DNA of 64,000 nucleotides, taken from IMG/VR virus record IMGVR_UViG_3300027828_000003; one strand, written 5' to 3'. The first letter of the stretch is position 1. Every line of letters begins with the position of its first letter. Shown one piece after another: positions 56,130 through 64,000 of the stretch. A program made the position numbers and the translations under genes. This stretch comes from an uncultured virus (IMG/VR IMGVR_UViG_3300027828_000003) (Duplodnaviria; Heunggongvirae; Uroviricota; Caudoviricetes). A model generated the notes under the pieces. It was not told the DNA's origin and did no database searches. It saw only the letters and a list, made by a program, of their open reading frames with translations.

Positions 56130-56185
56130 GGTTCAATCTCCTGTTGCAGTGTCCGGCGGGGACCGTCCCCGTCGTCGATGGTTAG

Positions 56186-56214
56186 AATATAGGGTGTGAT
56201 ATGAATTTTGTCAA
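56186..56214 (-). promoter_or_regulatory. Near-consensus sigma70 promoter
   Basis: TTGACA-N17-TATATT. Confidence 0.75.
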
Positions 56215-56960
56215 TATTATCAGCAATCTAGCGGCCATCCTGCATCCGTTGTAAACCGGGCGATCTGGCGCGGCGCGAAATTTTTTTGAAAAAAAATGCA
56301 CGGGCTGGTTGCGGTTTTTGTGGGGCGAAGGCCGGGGGCGATCGTATGGGGCGCGTATATATAAGGGCTATGTGTAGGCCTATGGATAGGGCTGATGTTA
56401 TGGGCGCCGGGTGTATGGGTAGCGGTATGCCTAGTCGGGCTGTAGGGCTTCCAGGGTTGCGCCTGGCTGAGGGGCGAGGAAACGGACCGGCGAAAATCTC
56501 AAGGCGCTATGCGCGCGGCGGGCGGCGGGCCTGTGTGGGTTTAGGTTGTGATCCATGGGCGATCCATGCCCAGCTGGCACGTAGGCGGCTGCGCACCCAC
56601 GGCCCGAGCGAACGGCGCAATAAACTATCAGCTTTTTATAAATATTATTTCAATTGGAGAGTATTAAATATGAATCCAGTTTAAGAAAGAGTGACACCCT
56701 ACCCCCCTTCCCTGTCAAGAGACCGCGACCAAATCTCACAGCTCTTTGCTCTACCCAGGTCCAAACCGAGAGATAGTCGGCGACACCACAACTAGGTGTG
56801 ACGACTTGAACGACTTGAAACGACTTGCAGATCGCCACTATTGCCTCGGTTATGAGAAAGATACATAAATAGCGACTTGTTTATGGCGGCGTAATGAGAG
56901 GGACTCATGTCTCTCTCGCTGGACCGGAGGAACGGCACGCGCGTGGGAAAGGGTCAGCCG

Positions 56961-57572
56961 GTGGCTGAGAACTCAGACAGCCCTATGGAAGGCAAACTGG
57001 TATGCGGAGCGAAGACCAGGAGCGGCGGCACCTGTCAGAAACCGCCTATCAAGGGGAAAAAGCGGTGTCGTCTTCATGGCGGCGCCAGCAACAACCCTGC
57101 GCCGAAGGGCAACACCCGCGCTCTCAAGCACGGCCTCTACAGCTCGGTCATATCCGACGAGGAAAAGCGGCTTTGGGAACACATCGAGCTCGGCACGATC
57201 GACGACGAGCTTCGACTGGCTCGGGTCAAGCTACGACGCCTGTTGGCCTTCGAGAACGCCCAGAACACGCCCCAGGACGCCGGTGGGGCGACGAATTCGT
57301 CTCGAAAAGGCATGACGCTCGAGGAAGTCCGCGTCTTGACCGACGGCCGCAGCCGGCAAACCGAGATGGTTCAACGCCGAGTCGATTACACACCAGAGAT
57401 CCGCGGCTTACTCAAAACGATCGGCGATCTCGAGAAAACGCGCGCGGCAATCGGAACCGGAGCGGACGACCCGGAAACGATGGCCAGAAAGGTCCAGGAC
57501 GCATTGCACGCGATTCATCTGATCCAGGAAGGAATACCGGTTGGACCCGATGAGGCATATGAGGCCGCTTGA
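56961..57572 (+). CDS. Terminase small subunit-like protein (HGGxSTG domain); start uncertain
   Basis: CGAKTRSG..C.......RC.LHGG, GN..ALKHGLYS; directly upstream of TerL. Confidence 0.75.
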   Translation: MAENSDSPMEGKLVCGAKTRSGGTCQKPPIKGKKRCRLHGGASNNPAPKGNTRALKHGLYSSVISDEEKRLWEHIELGTIDDELRLARVKLRRLLAFENAQNTPQDAGGATNSSRKGMTLEEVRVLTDGRSRQTEMVQRRVDYTPEIRGLLKTIGDLEKTRAAIGTGADDPETMARKVQDALHAIHLIQEGIPVGPDEAYEAA

Positions 57573-58930
57573 TGCAGCCGCCAGACGCTTTTCTGACCGC
57601 GCAGCAGAAGGCAGCTATGGCGACGCTTGGGCCGCGGTGGTACCCACTGCGGCAGCATCCTGTTCAACTGCGGCTTTGGAACGACGACTACCGATTCAAG
57701 GTCGTCCCGGCCGGCCGGCGTTCGGGCAAGACCGAGAACGCCAAACGCCGCATTGTGAACTGCGCCATTCGATCAAATCGGTACGGAAACGCCAGGTTCT
57801 TCGCCGCGGCGCCGACTTGGGCCCAGGCCAAACGCATCTTCTGGGCCGATCTGAAGGCGATGGTGCCGAAATGGCTGCTTGCCGGCGCGCCGTCGGAAGG
57901 CGAGCTGACGATCAGGCTCAACACCGGCTCGGAAATCTGCGTTTTCGGCATGGACAAGCCGGAACGCATCGAGGGTTCACCTTGGGATGGCGGCGTCCTC
58001 GACGAATACGCCAACATGAAGGAACAAGCCTGGGGGGCGCACGTCCGCCCTGCCCTCTCGGATCGCCGCGGCTGGTGTTGGCTGACCGGCGTCCCGGAAG
58101 GCCGCAACCACTACTACGACATCTACAAACGGGCCCAGGCCGACACGACCGGCGAATGGGGACACTACACCTGGAAATCGTCCGAAGTTCTGCCGCTTTC
58201 AGAAATCGAAGCGGCGCGAAAGGACCTCGACGAACTGACCTTCCTGCAGGAATACGAAGCGAGTTTCGTCAACTTCCTGGGTCAGGCCTACTATTCGTTC
58301 GACGACAAAATTCATTGCGCGCCTCTGACGTACCGGCCGGACGATCTGATCGTCTTCTGCTTCGACTTCAACGTGGCGCCGGGCATAGCTGCGATCTGCC
58401 AGGAGCAGCACTTGCCGTCCGGTCAGTACGGCACAGGCGTGATCGGCGAAGTTCACATCCCACAACATTCGAACACGGTTCGGGTCTGCAACCGATTAAT
58501 TCAGGATTGGGGGCACCATCGCGGGAAAATCCTCTGCTACGGCGACGCATCCGGCGGCGCGGGTGGCAGTGCGAAGGTAGCCGGCTCGGACTGGGACCTG
58601 GTCCGAAAGACGCTCAAAGAGAAGTTCGGCGATCGGCTCGATTTTCGGGTGCCGTCCGCCAACCCGTCGGAACGCGCCCGCATCAACGCGGTCAACACGC
58701 GACTGAAGTCGATAAGCGGCGAGGTTCGTCTGATGGTCGATCCACGATTTGCACCGAATGTCGTCATCGACTTCGAGGGTGTGCGCCTCGTCAAGGGTGG
58801 TTCGGGCGAGATCGACAAGAAAGCCACCCCGAAGCTGACGCATGTCACCGACGCGATCGGCTACTACGTCTTCTACGAATTCCCGGTCATCAAACAAACG
58901 GCGACGCAAGCCACCATCATCGGAGTCTGA
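57572..58930 (+). CDS. terL: Terminase large subunit
   Basis: AGRRSGKT, APT..QA, LDEYA, GVP.G.NHYY, F.QEY.ASF, DFN, H..DA. Confidence 0.95.
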   Translation: MQPPDAFLTAQQKAAMATLGPRWYPLRQHPVQLRLWNDDYRFKVVPAGRRSGKTENAKRRIVNCAIRSNRYGNARFFAAAPTWAQAKRIFWADLKAMVPKWLLAGAPSEGELTIRLNTGSEICVFGMDKPERIEGSPWDGGVLDEYANMKEQAWGAHVRPALSDRRGWCWLTGVPEGRNHYYDIYKRAQADTTGEWGHYTWKSSEVLPLSEIEAARKDLDELTFLQEYEASFVNFLGQAYYSFDDKIHCAPLTYRPDDLIVFCFDFNVAPGIAAICQEQHLPSGQYGTGVIGEVHIPQHSNTVRVCNRLIQDWGHHRGKILCYGDASGGAGGSAKVAGSDWDLVRKTLKEKFGDRLDFRVPSANPSERARINAVNTRLKSISGEVRLMVDPRFAPNVVIDFEGVRLVKGGSGEIDKKATPKLTHVTDAIGYYVFYEFPVIKQTATQATIIGV

Positions 58931-58934
58931 TCCA

Positions 58935-60365
58935 ATGCCGGTAAACACCCCCCACAACGAGTATTTGGCGAACAAACCAGATTGGGAACTCATGCGCGAC
59001 GCCATCGCCGGCGAACGCACCATCAAGGAACGCGGCACGACCTACTTGCCCAAACTGTCGGGCCAGACCGACGAGGAATACAACGCCTATAGGACCCGGG
59101 CGATGTTCTTCGGCGCGACCGGTCGCACCCATGACGGCTTGCTCGGCGCGGTATTCCGCAAAGCGCCGAGCTACGAACTGCCGAGCCGCATCGACGCTAT
59201 CGCGAAGGATGCCGATCTGAATGGCACGCCGCTCGAAATGCTCGCCGTGTCGCTCGTCTCTGAAATTCTCGGCGTCGGCCGCGTCGCGATTCTGACAGAT
59301 TGGCCTGAGAATCCGGTTGCCGAGCAAGCCAGGCCATACCTCTCCCTCTACTTGACCGAACAGATCACCAACTGGCGCACGCGAGTGATTAACGATGTTC
59401 CGGTCCTCGACCAAGTCATTCTCTACGAAACCACCGACGAGCCCGCAGAAGACGGCTATGGCACGGTCGTCAAGCAGAACTATCGTGTCCTGAAACTCGA
59501 CGACACTTCCGGATCCCTCGTGTACACGGTCGAAATCTGGGAGAAAATGAAGGAAAAGGAGGAATGGTTCCTTTCCGAGACGCACATTCCGACCCACCGT
59601 GGCAAACCACTCGACTGGATACCGATCACCATTTTCTCACCGCACGATCTGTCGCCGAAAGTCGAAAAGCCGCCACTGCTCGACCTGGCCACCGTTAACG
59701 TCTCGCACTACCGGACCTCCGCCGACCTGGAACATGGTTGCCACTGGACGGCGATCCCGACGCCTTGGGTCTCTGGTCTCACCGACCACACCACGACCTT
59801 ACACGTCGGCGGGCAAACGGCATGGGTGCTGCCGGAAAACGCTCAAGCTGGCATGCTCGAGTTCACCGGAACCGGCCTTGCGGCGCTCGAAAAGCGTCTT
59901 CAGGAGAAACAGGCGAATATGGCCCGTTTGGGCGCTCGGCTCCTGGAAGACCAAAAGCGCGCCGCCGAGACCGAGGGATCGAAGCGCCTGGACTATTCCG
60001 GCGACAATTCAGTCCTAGCCTCCGTGGCGAACGCTGCGAGCGAAGGCTTAACGCGAAACCTCAACTGGGCCAACTATTGGGCCGGCGGCGGCGAGGAAGA
60101 GGTCGAGTTCGCGGTCAACAAGGACTTCTTCGACAACCCGCTCGGGGCGCAGGATGTGCTTCACCTTGTCGCCGCATGGCAATCCGGCGGACTGCCGCGA
60201 TCGGCGCTCTACTGGAACCTGCATCAGGGCGAGCGGCTGCCTCCCGACATGACGGAGGATGAATTCGTTCGCCAGATCGAACAGGAAGGGCCGGCACTCG
60301 GTACGATCGGCGAGAACGACGAGGACGATCCTGAACCGTCGCCGGACCCAATCGAAGACGAATAG
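58935..60365 (+). CDS. Portal protein (DUF4055 family)
   Basis: YLP.....Y..Y..RA.F, PPLLDLA..N..HY..SAD; follows TerL. Confidence 0.9.
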   Translation: MPVNTPHNEYLANKPDWELMRDAIAGERTIKERGTTYLPKLSGQTDEEYNAYRTRAMFFGATGRTHDGLLGAVFRKAPSYELPSRIDAIAKDADLNGTPLEMLAVSLVSEILGVGRVAILTDWPENPVAEQARPYLSLYLTEQITNWRTRVINDVPVLDQVILYETTDEPAEDGYGTVVKQNYRVLKLDDTSGSLVYTVEIWEKMKEKEEWFLSETHIPTHRGKPLDWIPITIFSPHDLSPKVEKPPLLDLATVNVSHYRTSADLEHGCHWTAIPTPWVSGLTDHTTTLHVGGQTAWVLPENAQAGMLEFTGTGLAALEKRLQEKQANMARLGARLLEDQKRAAETEGSKRLDYSGDNSVLASVANAASEGLTRNLNWANYWAGGGEEEVEFAVNKDFFDNPLGAQDVLHLVAAWQSGGLPRSALYWNLHQGERLPPDMTEDEFVRQIEQEGPALGTIGENDEDDPEPSPDPIEDE

Positions 60366-60373
60366 GACCGATC

Positions 60374-60820
60374 ATGACCTATGCTCGGGACCAATTCACC
60401 GGCAACATTATTGCGCTCGACTTCTTCTCGACGTTCTGCGGAGATTTGATCTCGAAGGGCACAGCGAGGGAGGTCTACGTCTATGCGCCAGACCCGCGAT
60501 ACGTCGTGAAAATCGAAGTCGCCGCCAAGAGCTTCCAGAACATGCGGGAATGGGAGTTCTGGCGCGATTTCAATTTCGTCGACGACATCGCCAAATGGCT
60601 GGCGCCATGCAAGAGCATAAGTCCCTCCGGGATCATTCTCATTCAGCGGCGCACCAAGCCGATACCTGCCCACCGGTATCCCGATCGTCTGCCCCAATTC
60701 CTGACCGACATCAAACGAGAAAATTTCGGACTTATCGGCAACAGAGTGGTTGCCCACGACTATGGACGAGTTGTGACTTCGGCCCCAACCACCGCCCGGA
60801 AAGCGCTTTGGAGGTACTAG
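60374..60820 (+). CDS. Protein kinase-like protein
   Basis: G..R.VY, VVK, N..E, D.K..N.G, DYG. Confidence 0.6.
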   Translation: MTYARDQFTGNIIALDFFSTFCGDLISKGTAREVYVYAPDPRYVVKIEVAAKSFQNMREWEFWRDFNFVDDIAKWLAPCKSISPSGIILIQRRTKPIPAHRYPDRLPQFLTDIKRENFGLIGNRVVAHDYGRVVTSAPTTARKALWRY

Positions 60821-61894
60821 ATGCCCCAATCCCTGAACGAAGAACTGCTCGACGCCGTTGTCCGCCATCAGATCTACCTTCAGCGATACTCCACGAGCGT
60901 CGTTCGGAAGATCATCAAACTCCTGAACAAGACGGATGCCGACATCGTCTCCCAGATCCTTGAGAAAGACCCGCTGAACCAAAACGGCACTTGGTCGGCC
61001 CGGCGCCTGAAAGCCCTGCTCAATGCGATCCGCGGCATCAACCGGGACGCCTTCAATCGGGTCGAGAACGCCGTCAGGTCGGAATTGACGGCCGCGGCCG
61101 CCTACGAGGCAGACTTTTCCGCCCGTATGATCACGCTCAACCTGCCGGTCGAGTTCAACATCGTGCAGCCTTCTGAAGAGCTTTTGGCAACGGTTGTGAC
61201 CAAGAACCCCATCCACGGCCAATTGATCGGCGGATGGGTCGATCACCTGAGCAACAGCCGCATTCGCTCGATCGAGCAACAGCTTAGGATCGGCCTCGTC
61301 GAGGGCGAGACAATCGATCAGCTCGTCCGGCGCCTGCGCGGGACCAAAGCACGACAGTATCGCGATGGCGTGCTCGATCTCGGCCGCCGGCACGCCGAGT
61401 CCTTCGTTAGAACCGCGGTCAACCATGCAACGACACAAGCCCGCGAAGCACTTTACGGCCACAACCGAGACCTCATCAAAAAAGTGAAATGGGTATCGAC
61501 GCTCGATTCCCGCACCACACCTATCTGCCGGGCCCGGGACGGCAAACTGTTCGAAGTCGACAAAGGCCCACGACCGCCGGCGCATCCTGGATGCCGGTCC
61601 ACGACCGTCCCGATCGTGCCAAGTTGGCGTGAACTCGGGTTCGACCTGGATGAACTCGACCCCGGCACGCGCGCGAGCATGAACGGCCAGGTTCCGGCCG
61701 ATCTGACCTATGGCCCATGGTTGAAGCGGCAGCCGACGGAATTCGTCGAAGACGTTCTCGGCAAGACAAAGGCGAAACTGTTCCTCAAGGGAGAACTGCC
61801 CATCGACCGCTTCGTCGACGATCGGGGATTCGAACTGACCTTGGATCAGTTACGGCAGCGCGAGGCGGCAGCTTTCGCGAAAGCGGGCCTGTAA
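60821..61894 (+). CDS. Minor head protein (SPP1 gp7/Mu F family)
   Basis: RTA.NH, W.STLD.RT..IC..RDG, PPAH..CRS. Confidence 0.9.
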   Translation: MPQSLNEELLDAVVRHQIYLQRYSTSVVRKIIKLLNKTDADIVSQILEKDPLNQNGTWSARRLKALLNAIRGINRDAFNRVENAVRSELTAAAAYEADFSARMITLNLPVEFNIVQPSEELLATVVTKNPIHGQLIGGWVDHLSNSRIRSIEQQLRIGLVEGETIDQLVRRLRGTKARQYRDGVLDLGRRHAESFVRTAVNHATTQAREALYGHNRDLIKKVKWVSTLDSRTTPICRARDGKLFEVDKGPRPPAHPGCRSTTVPIVPSWRELGFDLDELDPGTRASMNGQVPADLTYGPWLKRQPTEFVEDVLGKTKAKLFLKGELPIDRFVDDRGFELTLDQLRQREAAAFAKAGL

Positions 61895-62026
61895 CGACGG
61901 CGATCAACGACAAGTAATGATTTACTGTGAACGACTATGAGTAACGTCAATATTACTTGGATCGACTTTGTCGACTTTGCATGAGATTCTTGCATATGGA
62001 TCGAATTCGGGTATTATTCCCGCGTC

Positions 62027-62278
62027 ATGGAAGGCTCACACAATCGTCTCACGATCATTCGAGGCGGTTGCCAGGGGAAGCCTTACGCGAGACGGACGAA
62101 AGGGGAAGCTGAACAACTGGTATGCCGAACTTGCGAACACGACATTGGTGTCGCTACTTCGGAATGGCTGGAAATTCAGATTGCCCCCATGATCCAAGGG
62201 AACGAAGTGAAACCCGGTACGCCAGGTTTGATCTGCGTTCACTGCCTGTCTCGCGGAAAGGTAACGCGGGCGACATGA
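62027..62278 (+). CDS. Small Zn-finger hypothetical protein
   Basis: CxxC...CxxC. Confidence 0.45.
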   Translation: MEGSHNRLTIIRGGCQGKPYARRTKGEAEQLVCRTCEHDIGVATSEWLEIQIAPMIQGNEVKPGTPGLICVHCLSRGKVTRAT

Positions 62279-62318
62279 CTTTTTTTGCAACAGGAAATGA
62301 GTAAAACTCATTTATTGT

Positions 62319-62395
62319 AGCGGGTTGGCGCAGTCTGGTAGCGCGGTTGGCTCATTACCAACAGGACGTCGGTTCGAATCCGACACCCGCCCCCA
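62319..62395 (+). tRNA. tRNA with CAU anticodon (Met/fMet-like, atypical)
   Basis: GCGGGT/ACCCGC acceptor with 1:72 mismatch, GCGC D-stem, GTTGG CTCATTA CCAAC, GGTTCGAATCC, CCA. Confidence 0.85.
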
Positions 62396-62506
62396 ATGCC
62401 AGAGAGAGGCCGTCCGGCGCGTCCCACACATATTCGGGCCGTCGGGCGGCCAAATATCTAAACAAAGACCATCGCGGCGCGATGGCATCTAAGCCGGAGG
62501 CGGACC

Positions 62507-63304
62507 ATGAAGCTTAAACCGACCATCAAGGATCTCTCGGAAGTCGACGAAAAGTATCGCGACCTCTACGTCGAAACCGACGGGGGTTATGTGCTCGAAG
62601 TCGAAGGGATGGTCGATCGCGCGAAAGTGGCCGAATTCCGCGACAACAACATCAAACTTCAGAAAGACCTGACCGACACGCAGGAAAAGCTGACCGCGTT
62701 GAGCGCCAAGTTCGAAGGCATCGACCCGGAAAAGATCAAGGAACTTCAGGAAACCGAAGCCAAACTCCGCGACAAGCAGTTGATCGACGCCGGCCGCGTG
62801 GACGAATTGATCGACATGAAGCTCGCCGAACAGCGGAAGAACTTCCAGAAGGACTTGGCCCAGCGCGACGAAACGATCGGCAACCTGACCAAAGAACGCG
62901 ACGAATCACGCGGCACCGTGAAACGCCTGCACGTCGAGAAAGTCGTCGGAGACGCCGCTCTCAAACACGGCGTTCGTGAAGGCGCGTTGGATGACGTCTT
63001 CAATCATGCTCATGCCTACGGCTTCGATCTCGCCGAAGACGGCAACGACGTCGTCATCAAGGGTCCGAGCGGAGATCCGCGCCGCTCTTTGTCGGACCCG
63101 AGCAAAACAATGTCGGTGGAGGAATACTTCAACGACGTTCTCGCCGAGTCCAAGCCCTTCTACTTCAAGGAGAGCGCGGGCGGTGGCAGCAAGGGTGGCG
63201 GCGGCGGCCCGGCGGGTCGGCGTGTCAGCTTGTCTGACTCTGGCGCCATCAACGCAAACATCGAAGGCATCGCGTCCGGGAAAGTCCAAGTCTCCGACAA
63301 CTAG
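62507..63304 (+). CDS. Capsid scaffolding protein
   Basis: YRDLY.E..G.YVL.VEG, coiled coil, GGG tail; precedes capsid gene. Confidence 0.8.
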   Translation: MKLKPTIKDLSEVDEKYRDLYVETDGGYVLEVEGMVDRAKVAEFRDNNIKLQKDLTDTQEKLTALSAKFEGIDPEKIKELQETEAKLRDKQLIDAGRVDELIDMKLAEQRKNFQKDLAQRDETIGNLTKERDESRGTVKRLHVEKVVGDAALKHGVREGALDDVFNHAHAYGFDLAEDGNDVVIKGPSGDPRRSLSDPSKTMSVEEYFNDVLAESKPFYFKESAGGGSKGGGGGPAGRRVSLSDSGAINANIEGIASGKVQVSDN

Positions 63305-63405
63305 CCTTCCTTCAGCGCATCCGGCGGCTGCGCTAGTCCGGACCCGGTGGGTCCAATTCACCTGAAAACTGACCTCCCACCGGGGTCGAACTAGGAGTAT
63401 TGGCT

Positions 63406-64000
63406 ATGTCCAACACCATTACCGCCATCATGCCGAAAATCCTTGCGCGCGGCCTTCTGGCCCTTCGCGAGCGCGTTGTCATGCCGCGCCTCGTCAACGG
63501 CGATTACTCCGCCGAGGCGGCGCAGAAAGGCGCGACCATCGACGTCCCGTACAGCCAGTCCAAGACGGCCAAGGACGTCACGCCGAGCAACACGGATCCG
63601 GCCGCGGACAATTCCGAGCCGAAGTTCGTGCAGATCACGCTCGACCACTGGAAGCACTCCGACTTCCATCTGACCGACAAGGAAATGGCCCAGATCGACG
63701 CCAACGAGCACTTCATCCCGCTCGAAATGCAGGAATCGATCAACGCGCTGGCCACCTTCGTCAACGCCACCATCCTCGCCGAGTACAAGGGCGTCTACGG
63801 CTACGCCGGTACCGCCGGCACCACGCCGTTCGGCGGCTCCGGTGACGCGGCTGGCGTCAAGGGTGCGACCCTGGCTCGGAAAGTTCTGAACGAGCAGAAA
63901 GCGCCGCTTGCCTCCCGGTTCGGCGTTCTCGACTTCACGGCGGAAGCTGAAGCCCTTGGCCTGTCTGCCTTCTCCGACGCCGAGAAGATCGGTTCCAACG
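63406..64000 (+). CDS. Major capsid protein (P22 coat-like), 3' truncated
   Basis: AGGAG RBS; MSNTITAIMPKILARGLLALRERVVMPRLVNGDY..GATIDVP..ITLDHWK. Confidence 0.85.
   Translation, partial: MSNTITAIMPKILARGLLALRERVVMPRLVNGDYSAEAAQKGATIDVPYSQSKTAKDVTPSNTDPAADNSEPKFVQITLDHWKHSDFHLTDKEMAQIDANEHFIPLEMQESINALATFVNATILAEYKGVYGYAGTAGTTPFGGSGDAAGVKGATLARKVLNEQKAPLASRFGVLDFTAEAEALGLSAFSDAEKIGSN

Noticed and set aside
44898..56150. Recurring intergenic repeats read as a CRISPR array or integron attC sites
   Set aside because: The spacers are whole genes of variable length, there is no cas operon or integron-type integrase, and the conserved bases match the hammerhead core exactly.

Overview
This window covers most of a temperate siphovirus-like phage genome, probably from an alphaproteobacterial host (inferred from GapR/DUF2312 and RHH_4 genes and the GC-rich composition). 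Gene order: lambda-like tail tip (tape measure, M, L, K, I, J), tail fibres, lysis cassette, accessory block, tyrosine integrase, tRNA-Lys, recombination genes, CI/Cro switch, replication, a long leftward early region, then terminase, portal, head genes and the start of a P22-type capsid. The integrase is flanked by phage genes on both sides and no host DNA is visible. The standout feature is in the leftward early region (43.6-56.2 kb). Nine hammerhead ribozymes (eight type I, one type II) lie on the coding strand between genes. In seven of them the UGA of the catalytic core CUGANGA is the stop codon of the upstream gene. Each type I ribozyme has a covarying loop-II pseudoknot and a competing hairpin starting exactly at the cleavage site, followed by a shared ribosome-binding motif CUGCAACAUGGAG (13 copies). 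Antisense copies of that motif, each followed by a strong hairpin, lie in the operon leader and just behind the terminal type II hammerhead. Together these suggest a self-dicing polycistron with possible common antisense control. Other notable items are a dispersed ATGAG-N5-CTCAT operator network, a Hint domain at the N-terminus of gpJ, a membrane-anchored holin-like/SLT fusion and a 40-bp G-rich tandem array. All family assignments come from recognising motifs by eye, not from database searches.
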